From the NCBI GenBank assembly GCA_050331235.1, contig JBHJHA010000115.1:1-21400 (forward strand): a stretch of 21,400 nt of DNA, in the 5' to 3' direction. This stretch comes from Leptolyngbyaceae cyanobacterium. Its GTDB lineage: Bacteria; Cyanobacteriota; Cyanobacteriia; Phormidesmidales; Phormidesmidaceae. Positions 1-9,078 of the stretch are shown piece after piece. Position numbers and translations under genes: made by a program. A model generated the notes under the pieces. It saw only the letters and a list, made by a program, of their open reading frames with translations. It was not told where the DNA came from and ran no database searches. How positions within the stretch are numbered: the stretch's first letter is position 1; each line of letters starts with the position of its first letter.

Positions 1-1
1 G

Positions 2-748
2 CTCTATAGCATAATAGTCAGCGAGCCAGTTGTCGATTTCCGCTCCCCCCAGGTTCTCCCCCGCTTTAGCCAGCACCTTAGCCCGCTGGGGCTGCTGCGC
101 CGTCGACTCCGCTAGGGACTTGTTGCCCCACCGCAGAATGAATCCGAGGGGTTTGCGTTGGGGGGCGATCGCCAGCTCCACCAGCGAAAAATCCAGCGTC
201 CCTCCCCCAAAATCCACTACCAGCACCGTCTCTTCTTGCTGAATGCCGTACCCCAAAGCCGCTGCAGTGGGCTCGTCCAACATTCGCACCTGGGACAAGT
301 TCAACGCTTCACAGGTCTGCCCCAGCCAGTGGCGATAGACCTCAAAGCTGTCCACAGGCACCGTAAATATCACCGCATCCAATGCCTCCTGACGCTGCAG
401 CGTCGTGATGACATCGGTGAGAAACCACTGGCCAATTTGCTCAAACGATATCTCGTGGCCATCCAGCTCTGGCAAGAAGCCCTGGATTGGGGTGCCTATA
501 CCGCGCTTAAAGTTACGAAAAAAGCGCTGGTCACTGCTGATATCTAGCCCCCGATCGCGCACCTGCTGACCGACTTTCACCGTCCCCGCCGCCGCATCTT
601 TGACATACACCAGCGACGGCACCAGCGGCGGATTGTTCCCCAACTGCTGGGCTCGCTCAGGAATGGCGACAACCGCTGGCTGCTGTGTTGCGGCATTCCA
701 CCGCGTGACCACGGTATTGCTCGTCCCAAAGTCGATGGCAAAGGTCAT
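2..748 (-). CDS. Hsp70-family protein, N-terminal ATPase region; runs off the window start and is absent from the ORF track
   Basis: Manual translation from ATG at 748: MTFAIDFGTSNTVV...RMLDEPTAAALGYG...VLVVDFGGGTLDFSLV...AGENLGGAEID. These are Hsp70/actin-fold phosphate-1, connect-1 and phosphate-2 motifs. It looks divergent from canonical DnaK. Confidence 0.9.
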   Translation of the reverse strand, partial: MTFAIDFGTSNTVVTRWNAATQQPAVVAIPERAQQLGNNPPLVPSLVYVKDAAAGTVKVGQQVRDRGLDISSDQRFFRNFKRGIGTPIQGFLPELDGHEISFEQIGQWFLTDVITTLQRQEALDAVIFTVPVDSFEVYRHWLGQTCEALNLSQVRMLDEPTAAALGYGIQQEETVLVVDFGGGTLDFSLVELAIAPQRKPLGFILRWGNKSLAESTAQQPQRAKVLAKAGENLGGAEIDNWLADYYAIE

Positions 749-806
749 GTTATCCGGTTCGTAACGCTGAGCAGATCTTCTATTAACTCACCCCCTCGGG
801 TGTGGA

Positions 807-1634
807 TCAAGTCTGCTCGGAAGGTGGAAGAATGCGATCGCAAAAAAACAGCGTCCCCGACGATACACAGAGCGGAATGGTCAATAAGTTCATCAAGGGA
901 ATGCTGATCAGAAAAAAACACGTCACAGCAAAGCTGCCGCTAGCGGGCAAACTACGAAAAATCAGACTCAGCTTGCGGCGAAACTTAAGCCGCCGGCGCT
1001 CATGGGGAGCATCCAGCATGTCTAAACACACCAGCAGTGAGGCCAAAGCTACGCCCCCGCCAGTTGCGATCGCCGGGCCCACCCCCGGAATGAAATTGCA
1101 GAGTAGTAACGGCAGGCCAATGACCACCAACAGTAACAGCTTCTTCAGCTCAAACAATACGGCTCGCCAAATGTCGATAAAAATCGCCGCTGGCCCCATC
1201 GACTCAGGAGCCTCCAGCTTGCCCGCCCGTAAAATCTCAATCTTCTCAGAGAGCTGACCGTAAAACGGCGACCCCAAAATGCCGCCAAATTGCAGTAGCA
1301 AGAAGCCCAGCAACATTAGCAGCAAGAGAATTAGCCCGCCCTGAATCACTGGACTTAAAACCTGCACCGTTGTATCGAGCCAAGCCGGCTCTAACCAATT
1401 CATTAGCCGCTGGGTCCAGTTGCGAATCAGTTGGCGGCCCCACCAAATGCCAACGGAATACAGCGCAATGCCCAGGATTATGTTGATCGCTAGGGGCATA
1501 ACGACATAGGGCCAGAGCGAAGGGTGCCGCAAAAATAGCCTTAGCGCCCGCAGCGGATAGGTAAAGCCCATCACAATACCTGGCACACCCCCACCTCGGG
1601 GACGCAACCGTTGGCTGGCATCAAGTCTTTCCAT
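807..1634 (-). CDS. EI24/CysZ-like membrane protein
   Basis: 275 aa with multiple TM helices. Motifs 'P.LW.Y...PL.IN', 'SPFYGQLSEKIE', 'IPG.G' and 'IPLMNLLTIP' are typical of EI24-domain proteins. Co-oriented with the Hsp70 gene 58 bp away. Confidence 0.8.
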   Translation of the reverse strand: MERLDASQRLRPRGGGVPGIVMGFTYPLRALRLFLRHPSLWPYVVMPLAINIILGIALYSVGIWWGRQLIRNWTQRLMNWLEPAWLDTTVQVLSPVIQGGLILLLLMLLGFLLLQFGGILGSPFYGQLSEKIEILRAGKLEAPESMGPAAIFIDIWRAVLFELKKLLLLVVIGLPLLLCNFIPGVGPAIATGGGVALASLLVCLDMLDAPHERRRLKFRRKLSLIFRSLPASGSFAVTCFFLISIPLMNLLTIPLCVSSGTLFFCDRILPPSEQT

Positions 1635-1756
1635 AAAGCCTGAAGGTCTAACTCACGGTGGGTGCCCCTTTATCTTGCCGCGCGATCGCCAGCCTACCAC
1701 AGAGATTTCATCCTGATGGTGGTGGGGTTTGCCGAAGAGAGGAGTAGCTGTACTTA

Positions 1757-1948
1757 ATGCACAAACCTATGCCAGCGCTTCTTCTGGGTTCCCTGACTGC
1801 CACCCTGACGCTTCTGATGCCAGCCCTGCCAGTGGCCATGACCACTGATGTAACTGTGCCTCAGTTCACCGAGAACAACCTCGTCAGTGGCCGCTATGTC
1901 CATCGCCGCTATACTGGCGGCACTGGTCGCCGCGAGATCTTGTCATGA
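1757..1948 (+). CDS. Small secreted peptide, PatX/PatS-like (C-terminal GGTGRR)
   Basis: GAGGAG RBS at about 1739-1744, a hydrophobic signal-like N-terminus and a basic C-terminal HRRYTGGTGRR. An imperfect hairpin follows the stop (1948-1977). Confidence 0.55.
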   Translation: MHKPMPALLLGSLTATLTLLMPALPVAMTTDVTVPQFTENNLVSGRYVHRRYTGGTGRREILS

Positions 1949-2193
1949 ACGCTTGCCCATTCTTTTTAGGCGGCGTTGGCTTTGCTGGTTGAACCGTTGC
2001 CAGTAAGTTGCCCCATCCCTGCCTACCGGCTTTTCCCGCATCCGAACTGCCTACAGCTTTGACCACATGGTAGGATTAGCTACCGTCTTACGGTTTGTTG
2101 CTTGAGCGGATAGCGAGCCAGTGATCCTCAGGTTTGGCTAAACGAGTGAGCTAGCAGGCCACCATTTACGCCGCTGAGGGCACCACGAGTCGA

Positions 2194-3540
2194 ATGCGCT
2201 TTGCCAAAATTTTGATTGCCAATCGCGGGGAAATCGCACTCCGAATTCTCCGCACCTGCGAAGAGATGGGGATCGCTACTGTCGCCGTGCATTCCACTGT
2301 GGATCGTCATGCGCTACATGTGCAGCTGGCCGACGAATCGGTCTGTATTGGGGAAGCGCTGAGCAGCAAGAGCTATTTGAATATTCCCAATATTATTGCC
2401 GCGGCCCTGACCCGAGGTGTTGAGGCCATTCATCCTGGCTATGGTTTCCTCGCAGAAAATGCCCGCTTTGCAGAGATTTGTGCCGACCACAACCTTGCTT
2501 TTATTGGCCCTACCCCAGAGTCGATGTTGGCCATGGGGGACAAATCCACGGCTAAGGAAACTATGCAGCGGGTGGGGGTGCCGACCATTCCCGGCAGTGA
2601 TGGATTGCTTAAAAGCGACCTGGAAGCGAAAAACATCGCTGATCGCATTGGCTATCCCGTCATGATTAAAGCTACAGCGGGGGGTGGAGGCCGCGGCATG
2701 CGGCTGGTCAAACAGCCCGATGAACTGAGGAAACTCTTCCTTGCTGCTCAAGGGGAAGCCGAAGCCGCCTTTGGCAATCCCGGCGTGTACATGGAGAAAT
2801 TTGTCGAGAAGCCGCGCCACGTTGAATTTCAAATTTTGGCTGACGGCCACGGCATCGTTGTTCATCTGGGCGAGCGCGACTGCTCCATCCAGCGCCGGCA
2901 CCAAAAACTGTTAGAAGAAGCCCCCAGTCCTGCCCTGACTCCTGATCTGCGGCAGAAAATGGGGGATGCCGCTGTTCGAGCGGCTCAATCGATTAACTAT
3001 ATTGGCGCTGGCACGGTGGAGTTTCTGGTGGATGCTTACGGTAACTTCTACTTCATGGAGATGAATACCCGCATTCAGGTGGAGCATCCGGTCACTGAAA
3101 TGGTCACCGGGCTTGACCTTATTGCTGAGCAAATTCGCATCGCCCAAGGCGATCGCCTGTTAGTCACTCAGGACCAGATCAAGCTGCGGGGACACGCTAT
3201 CGAATGCCGTATTAATGCTGAAGATCCGAAACACAACTTTCGACCTGCCCCTGGCCGCATCAACGGCTATCTACCCCCCGGTGGTCCCGGTGTTCGCATT
3301 GACTCCCACGTTTACACCGACTACGAAATCCCGCCTTACTACGATTCTCTGGTGGGCAAACTCATTGTTTGGGGGCCCGATCGCCCCACCGCTATTCTGC
3401 GAATGAAGCGGGCTCTGCGGGAATGCGCCATTACGGGGCTGCCGACCACGATTCCCTTTCATCAGATGGTGCTAGAGCACCCACAGTTTTTGTCCGGCGA
3501 GGTGTACACCAACTTCGTTAATCAACTGCTGAATATTTAG
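2194..3540 (+). CDS. accC: Acetyl-CoA carboxylase, biotin carboxylase subunit
   Basis: 448 aa with motifs [59 protein letters not shown] and PPYYDS. Confidence 0.98.
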   Translation: MRFAKILIANRGEIALRILRTCEEMGIATVAVHSTVDRHALHVQLADESVCIGEALSSKSYLNIPNIIAAALTRGVEAIHPGYGFLAENARFAEICADHNLAFIGPTPESMLAMGDKSTAKETMQRVGVPTIPGSDGLLKSDLEAKNIADRIGYPVMIKATAGGGGRGMRLVKQPDELRKLFLAAQGEAEAAFGNPGVYMEKFVEKPRHVEFQILADGHGIVVHLGERDCSIQRRHQKLLEEAPSPALTPDLRQKMGDAAVRAAQSINYIGAGTVEFLVDAYGNFYFMEMNTRIQVEHPVTEMVTGLDLIAEQIRIAQGDRLLVTQDQIKLRGHAIECRINAEDPKHNFRPAPGRINGYLPPGGPGVRIDSHVYTDYEIPPYYDSLVGKLIVWGPDRPTAILRMKRALRECAITGLPTTIPFHQMVLEHPQFLSGEVYTNFVNQLLNI

Positions 3541-3608
3541 TGCCAGCATACCCGGCATAAATGATGGAGAGCTACTGTCCCTTCGCGGACTTTAAGGTAG
3601 AGCGGTGG

Positions 3609-5057
3609 TTAGTTGCCTTGGACTGGAATCTGGAGGATGAACTCGGTTCCCTCGCCAAGGGTTGACTCCACCGAGATTTTACCGCCATGTTTTTCCACGA
3701 CAATCTGCTGGGCGATCGCCAATCCCATTCCTGTGCCCCGCCCCACGGCTTTAGTAGTGAATAAATTGTGGAACACTTTCTCTTGAACCTCTGCGGTCAT
3801 CCCCACCCCATTATCGCGAATCTTGATGATGGCCCACTGTCCGTCGGACGAAAGCGCCGTCGAGATGTTGATGCAATTAGGATGCGCTTTGATTTCTGAA
3901 AATTGCTTACCTTGGTTAGCTTCATCCAAAGCATCGATCGCATTCGATAGCAAGTTCATGAATACCTGGTTGAGCTGTCCAGGAAAGCATTCTACCGGGG
4001 GCAATTCACTGTAATCGACGGCGACTTGAATAGCTGGTCGTTGGTCGTTCGCTTTGAGCCGATGCTGCAAAATTAAAATCGTGCTGTCGATACCCGTTGA
4101 TAAATCAAACCCGGTTTTGGATTCGGTGTCGGCTCGGGAAAAGATCCGCAAGCTGTGGCTAATTTCCTGAATGCGGTTGGCTGCCTCCTGCATCGACTGC
4201 AGCAGCTTGGGCCAATCCTCCCGCAGATACTCTAGATCGATCGCCTCGATGGTCTCAGCAACCTGAGCTGGTGGCTCAGGTAGTTCCCCTTGATACTGGT
4301 CTAACAAAGCCAGCAAATCATCGGCATATTCCGCTGCCGGGCGCAAATTGCCAATAATGCAGCCAACGGGATTATTAATTTCATGGGCGATCCCCGACAC
4401 TAAATTACCTAGCGCTGACATCTTTTCCTGCTGCACTAGTTGAAGTTGGGACTGCTGCAGTTGCTGTAGGGCGCACTTCAGCTCAAATTTTTGTTGTGTT
4501 AGCTTTTCGTTCAGCTCCTTTAGGGCTAGATCGGCTTCGATCCGTTCCGTGATGTCTTGATAGGTGCCCAATATGCCAATAATGTTGCCGCTGGCGTCGT
4601 GCAGTGGAGCTTTATTCGTTTCCACCCAAGACTGTCGTCCATCACTTTTGAGTTGGGGCTCGATAATGCCAAATTCGGGGGTGCCAGATCCCATGATCCG
4701 GCGATCGCACGCACGAAAAAAGTCTGATTCTTCCTGTTTCCACGGCATATCGTAATCGGTTTTGCCGATCAGTTCGTGGGGTGAGGACATTCCAGCATCT
4801 TCGGCAAAGTTGCGATTACAGCCTAAGTAAACTAAATTGCGGTCCTTCCAAAAAATTTTCTCTGGCAGCGTATCCATGACTATTTGCAAAAGCTGCTGAG
4901 AGGCTTTGAGTTCAGTTTCCACCTGCTCACGGCGGCGGCTTTCCTCGTCATGGGCCTGCTTGAGTGACTCATTCTCTAGTTTTGATTGCTGGAGGGCCAG
5001 CGCCAGCCGAGCGATCTCCTCCTGCACAGGTGTTTTTGCATCATCCAAACTGGGCAT
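3609..5057 (-). CDS. Cytoplasmic PAS-domain sensor histidine kinase
   Basis: N-terminal coiled coil, then PAS/PAC (IFWKDRN..YLGCN..FA...G...ELIGKTDYD...KAPLHDASGNIIGILGTYQDIT). H-box AHEINNP, N-box QVFMNLLSNAIDA, G-boxes DNGVGM, FTTK and GTGMGL. Confidence 0.95.
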   Translation of the reverse strand: MPSLDDAKTPVQEEIARLALALQQSKLENESLKQAHDEESRRREQVETELKASQQLLQIVMDTLPEKIFWKDRNLVYLGCNRNFAEDAGMSSPHELIGKTDYDMPWKQEESDFFRACDRRIMGSGTPEFGIIEPQLKSDGRQSWVETNKAPLHDASGNIIGILGTYQDITERIEADLALKELNEKLTQQKFELKCALQQLQQSQLQLVQQEKMSALGNLVSGIAHEINNPVGCIIGNLRPAAEYADDLLALLDQYQGELPEPPAQVAETIEAIDLEYLREDWPKLLQSMQEAANRIQEISHSLRIFSRADTESKTGFDLSTGIDSTILILQHRLKANDQRPAIQVAVDYSELPPVECFPGQLNQVFMNLLSNAIDALDEANQGKQFSEIKAHPNCINISTALSSDGQWAIIKIRDNGVGMTAEVQEKVFHNLFTTKAVGRGTGMGLAIAQQIVVEKHGGKISVESTLGEGTEFILQIPVQGN

Positions 5058-5595
5058 ATCAACCTCGGCTCAGGAACTGACTAAAAATAAGAGATGTGTA
5101 TAAAGTTCCCTAAACTATGTAAATGACCAACAACTAATGGCACCAATTGGTAGTTGGGCCAGAGACCGGTTAGCGAAAGCTCCCACTGCTCGACTTTTCT
5201 GAAAGTAGAAAAAATAGATTTGATGAGTTGCAAACTGGGAGCTGGCTCTAGCTGCTGGTTAAGCAGGGCAACCCAAACTCCTCGCACCCAATTTGGTGCA
5301 TTCAAGCCCATAACCGGTTTTTTGTGAATTGTGAGCAGCCCAATCGCGGCGATTAGCACGATCGCTCAAGGAAAAGCGATCGCCTATTTAGGGAGCGCTA
5401 GTCCTATTAAGCAAATTTAAGAAAGATGGGTAAACGCTACACTTCTTCCCCTCGCCGTGAAAGTTTCAATTCCCTGACTGCAAAATAGTGATCATAAGGC
5501 TTGATGAGGTTGCCCCCATTCCTACGCTTGAGTTCTTTGGTGATGGGCTGACTGGCTGATCTCAAGGCCGCTATTACTGGGATTTATTTTTTATT

Positions 5596-6144
5596 ATGCT
5601 TTCTCAACACGATTCATCTCGCTACGCCTGGACTCCTTGGTTGCTCGCGATCGCGGGATTTTGGCTTAGCAGCAACTTGCTCCTCGATTGTTTAGTCATG
5701 CCTGTGATGTATGTCTCTGGCATGGGGGGCGAGGCCGACTTTGCCACGGCTGGGTATTCCCTATTTTGGACCTTCAATCGGATCGAGTTGCTTTGTGCGG
5801 CGGCACTTTTGACTGGCGCTTTAGCCTTACGTCATCGTCCTCGGGAGTTTGAAATTTGCCAAGGCGGCAGCCGCTGCCGGTGGGCAATTGTCTGTGCTGT
5901 CAGTTTGCTTGGTCTCACCCTGGTAGATACTTATCTATTGGCCCCGACCATGAGCGGCATGGCCTTTACGCTAGAGGCGTCGACCCGGGCGGCGCTGACC
6001 CCCGTAATGACCGGCATGCATAGCCTCTATTGGCTGACAGAAGCTGGCAAACTGGTTGCCCTCGGTCTACTTGCTCGCCTCTGTCTCACGGATATTCGTC
6101 CACTCGCCATGGGGACTAGCCGCGTGCTGTCCTCCCGTGGTTAG
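5596..6144 (+). CDS. Conserved cyanobacterial 4-TM membrane protein (DUF4149-like)
   Basis: Four hydrophobic helices with motifs GFWLSS, 'FATAGYSLFWTFNRIELLCAA' and 'M..MH..YW..E..KL'. Confidence 0.7.
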   Translation: MLSQHDSSRYAWTPWLLAIAGFWLSSNLLLDCLVMPVMYVSGMGGEADFATAGYSLFWTFNRIELLCAAALLTGALALRHRPREFEICQGGSRCRWAIVCAVSLLGLTLVDTYLLAPTMSGMAFTLEASTRAALTPVMTGMHSLYWLTEAGKLVALGLLARLCLTDIRPLAMGTSRVLSSRG

Positions 6145-6226
6145 CGCGGGTTTCTGAGCGGCATGGGGCAGCTCTACCCATACCGACATCTGCTTTTTGC
6201 TTTAGTGTTCTAGCCCTCCACTGGTG

Positions 6227-6259
6227 GCCAGTCTTTTATCTCAGAAGGCTGGCTTTTTT
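6227..6259 (+). terminator. Rho-independent terminator after the DUF4149-like gene
   Basis: GCCAGTCTTTT-ATCTC-AGAAGGCTGGC forms an 11-bp stem (two G-U pairs) followed by TTTTTT. Confidence 0.7.
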
Positions 6260-6384
6260 CATTGCATTTGGCCACAAAAAAAACTCAAACTCGTCAACCT
6301 CATCTATGCCATGTTGGTAAAGCTGACCTATCATTAGCGCCATTGGCTTTGCGACACGCCGGCAGCTCAGCGGAGGAACTACCT

Positions 6385-7794
6385 ATGAAATTGTCACCCA
6401 CCATTGCCCTGCTTGGGGCAGCAGCTATCTGGGGAGCCTATCCTGTCTACAGTTTTGCCCAGGAGCCCGAATCGCCTGAAGCCGTCACCGCTCCTGAAGA
6501 CTTGGGGCCGTCGGCAAATGAGTTTTACACCAACGGTGTGGGCCTATTTGAAGCCGAGGATTATAACGGGGCGATCGCCGCTTTTGATGAGGCTATTCGT
6601 CTCAATCCTAATTTTGCGGAAGCCTATCTCTATCGCGGCGCTGCCTATAAAGCGTTAGAAGATCTCGATGATGCGTTGCTGAACCTCAACCAGGCGATCG
6701 CCCTCGATTCACAATTGGGCCGAGCCTATCTACTACGAGCTGAAATCAACTACGAGTTGGGGAATGCCCAGCAGGCCCTTAGTGATGCTCAACTGGCTTT
6801 AGCCCTCGATCCTTCCCTCGGGGATGCTCGACTGTATGAGGGCCTCGTGGCGCTGCAAGACGGCAATACGCAGAAGGCTATCAGCGATTTCACCGCAGCG
6901 ATTGAGCAAGATCCGGAAGACCTGCCCGCCTACTTGCTGCGCGGCTTTGCCCATGACCAAGAAGAAAACTACTTTGAGGCGATCGCTGACTTTACCTACG
7001 TCATCGACAACGACAGTGATAACGCAATTGCCTACATAGGTCGTGGCGCAGCTTACTACCACGAAGGCGATTTGCGTGATGCGGAAGCTGACCTTAGCCG
7101 GGCTCTGGAGATTAATGAAGATCTGCCCTATGCTTACTACAACCGCAGCTTCATTTATACTGCTCAAAATCGGGTCAATCTCGCCATTGACGACCTTGAC
7201 CAAGCCATTGCGCTACAGCCTAGCTTTCCCCGCGCCTATCTAAACCGAGGGCTGTTGCTCGCTCGCCAAGGCAACCAGGCAGCAGCACTGAGCGACTTCG
7301 ACCGGGCCCTCGACCAAGATCCTGAACTGGCCGAAGCGTTGGTTGGCCGCGCTGACGTCGAACTGACTCGGGGCCGCGAAGACGCCGCCGTAGAAGATTA
7401 CACCCGCGCCCTAGAACTTACTCCCAATAGCGCTGTTGTCTACAAACTTCGCGGGGATGCTTACCTCGCCGATGGCAATACCGCAGCGGCCTTAGCAGAT
7501 TACAACCAGGCCATCAATCTAGCGCCCGACTACGCCGAAGCCTATGCTGCCCGGGCTGAAGTTTATAACGATGTCGGCGACTCCCAGCGGGCCTTTGACG
7601 ACTATTCCCTCGTGATCTCCCTCGAAGATGATGAGGTCGATCCGGATGTGTTGTACAAGCGGGGTCTGGTGCGGATGCGCTTGGGAGACTCCGCAGGAGC
7701 CCGGGCCGACCTACAGCAAGCCGCCGATCGCTACTTAGAAACTGGCCAGTCCGATGGCTATCGCGAGACCGTTATTTATTTGCGCCAGCTCTAG
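6385..7794 (+). CDS. Exported acidic tetratricopeptide-repeat protein
   Basis: Start moved to ATG 6385 (GGAGG at 6372-6376; signal peptide MKLSPTIALLGAAAIWG...SFA). About 12 tandem 34-aa TPRs of the 'AY.NRG......G....A..D...AI.L.P' type. Confidence 0.9.
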   Translation: MKLSPTIALLGAAAIWGAYPVYSFAQEPESPEAVTAPEDLGPSANEFYTNGVGLFEAEDYNGAIAAFDEAIRLNPNFAEAYLYRGAAYKALEDLDDALLNLNQAIALDSQLGRAYLLRAEINYELGNAQQALSDAQLALALDPSLGDARLYEGLVALQDGNTQKAISDFTAAIEQDPEDLPAYLLRGFAHDQEENYFEAIADFTYVIDNDSDNAIAYIGRGAAYYHEGDLRDAEADLSRALEINEDLPYAYYNRSFIYTAQNRVNLAIDDLDQAIALQPSFPRAYLNRGLLLARQGNQAAALSDFDRALDQDPELAEALVGRADVELTRGREDAAVEDYTRALELTPNSAVVYKLRGDAYLADGNTAAALADYNQAINLAPDYAEAYAARAEVYNDVGDSQRAFDDYSLVISLEDDEVDPDVLYKRGLVRMRLGDSAGARADLQQAADRYLETGQSDGYRETVIYLRQL

Positions 7795-7814
7795 GAGAAT
7801 TCTAACCACTTCCC

Positions 7815-8354
7815 ATGCGGCATCTTTTACCATGGCTCAAACGTAGCTTTTTATGGAGCCTCACCTGCACATTGGTATTGGGGATTTGGCTATGGCCTCT
7901 TACCAGTGCGCAGGCGAGCATCCACGTCTATCGCGAGCGGCCAGGGCAGGTGACAGTACGATCGCGCCTAAGTCTGCGCGACTATCAAGATCGGGCCTGG
8001 CAGGTAATCGCCTTTAAGCGCACCCAGGGCACGGCCTTGCAGGGGTACTACCTTAGACTGGTGGGATTTCCCGGCTCTATGCCGGTTGATCGCCAGCAAC
8101 CCCTGACGCTCATGGCCCCGACTGGGCAAAGCTGGCAGTTATCCTGGGCAGTTGATCCACAAGCTAAATCCTTGCCCGAAACGGTGGGTCAGTTTGATCT
8201 GCAACCCTTGCTCTCGGACATTAAGCGCGCGCTACCGTTAGAGGCGCAGTTGCCTCTCGTAGAAGCTGAACCCGCCGAAATGGCGATCGCCCCCTTTATT
8301 GTGCAGGAATGGCTGGATGTCAAAGCCAGCACTGAGTCACCAGCGCCAGTATGA
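7815..8354 (+). CDS. DUF3122-like exported cyanobacterial protein
   Basis: Signal peptide ending AQA, then 'RSRLSLRD....AWQVIAFKR', 'LRLVGFPG', 'VGQFDL' and 'V.EW'. Lies 20 bp after the TPR gene. Confidence 0.75.
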   Translation: MRHLLPWLKRSFLWSLTCTLVLGIWLWPLTSAQASIHVYRERPGQVTVRSRLSLRDYQDRAWQVIAFKRTQGTALQGYYLRLVGFPGSMPVDRQQPLTLMAPTGQSWQLSWAVDPQAKSLPETVGQFDLQPLLSDIKRALPLEAQLPLVEAEPAEMAIAPFIVQEWLDVKASTESPAPV

Positions 8355-8759
8355 GCGTCCTTGGGAAAATAAGCCCAGCATCATTCCAATGAATTGCATC
8401 CGACTGATTCCCACCAGCAGCGAGGGAACGGGTAAAAATCCTTTGAGCCAGAGTCCGAGGCTCAAACAGCCGACCAATGCCCATAGGGTTCCAGCGTCTA
8501 ACCTGACCTGACCAAACAGCCGCTCCATTAAAATCACTGCTAGGGCACCAACGCCCCCCGCCGCCACCAATCTGAGTAAGCTGCCTAAGATGCCGCCGCT
8601 TAGTAGCATATTGGCCCCCTCGGGCCAGACAGATAACGACGCCACCAACATGAGCAGTAACCCCAAATCTAATACTGTCGCCAAGGCAATCGTCCATAGG
8701 GCATTTTGAATGAGGGCACTCCAGGGCAAAGTTTTGATGCGCCAAAGGGGATCTCTCAT
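8337..8759 (-). CDS. Conserved cyanobacterial hypothetical membrane protein
   Basis: 140 aa with 4 TM helices, N-terminal 'DPL.R.K.LPW' and C-terminal 'GRSYW'. Convergent 18-bp overlap with the DUF3122-like gene. Confidence 0.7.
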   Translation of the reverse strand: MRDPLWRIKTLPWSALIQNALWTIALATVLDLGLLLMLVASLSVWPEGANMLLSGGILGSLLRLVAAGGVGALAVILMERLFGQVRLDAGTLWALVGCLSLGLWLKGFLPVPSLLVGISRMQFIGMMLGLFSQGRSYWRW

Positions 8760-8786
8760 GTGCCCAGCCGTAAACTACCCGTTCAT

Positions 8787-9011
8787 ATGCCATCATCCTA
8801 TCTCAACCGCCTGCCTGACCTAGCTGCGATCGGCTTTCCGTTCACCGTGGTTTTTATGCTGCTGCTGCACTGCGCGATCGGTCTGGTCGCTGCCCAAATC
8901 GCCTATCGTAAGGGAGCTGACCTAGGCAATTGGCTCGTGTGGGGCATGATTGGCGGCACCCTATCGCTGATCACAGCTCTAAAACTGCCTGCAGACGCAG
9001 CTAAGCGTTAA
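8787..9011 (+). CDS. Small 2-TM hypothetical membrane protein
   Basis: The ATG at 8787 avoids overlap with the divergent gene. The motif 'HCAIGLVAA.IA..KG.DLG.WL.WG.IGGT' resembles conserved cyanobacterial small proteins. Confidence 0.65.
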   Translation: MPSSYLNRLPDLAAIGFPFTVVFMLLLHCAIGLVAAQIAYRKGADLGNWLVWGMIGGTLSLITALKLPADAAKR

Positions 9012-9078
9012 AACTACTTCGAACTACCAGGGGTACGATCAATATCCACACCAATATCGATTGGCTTTTGGGTCGTAT

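Noticed and set aside
30..547. Plus-strand ORFs 30-242 and 158-547
   Set aside because: Antisense shadows of the minus-strand Hsp70-family gene.
2070..2083. GTA-N8-TAC (NtcA-like box) upstream of accC
   Set aside because: No TAN3T -10 element at the expected distance, and several such 6-bp matches are expected by chance in 21 kb.
5081..5359. 92-aa minus-strand ORF upstream of the kinase
   Set aside because: No recognisable motif or RBS and a non-ATG start; probably non-coding promoter DNA.
6262..6384. N-terminal extension of the TPR ORF
   Set aside because: A TTG start right after a terminator. The RBS and signal peptide point to ATG 6385.
6530..7740. Periodicity of about 102 bp suggesting a repeat array or CRISPR
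   Set aside because: Explained by protein-level TPR repeats. There are no identical nucleotide repeats with spacers and no cas genes.
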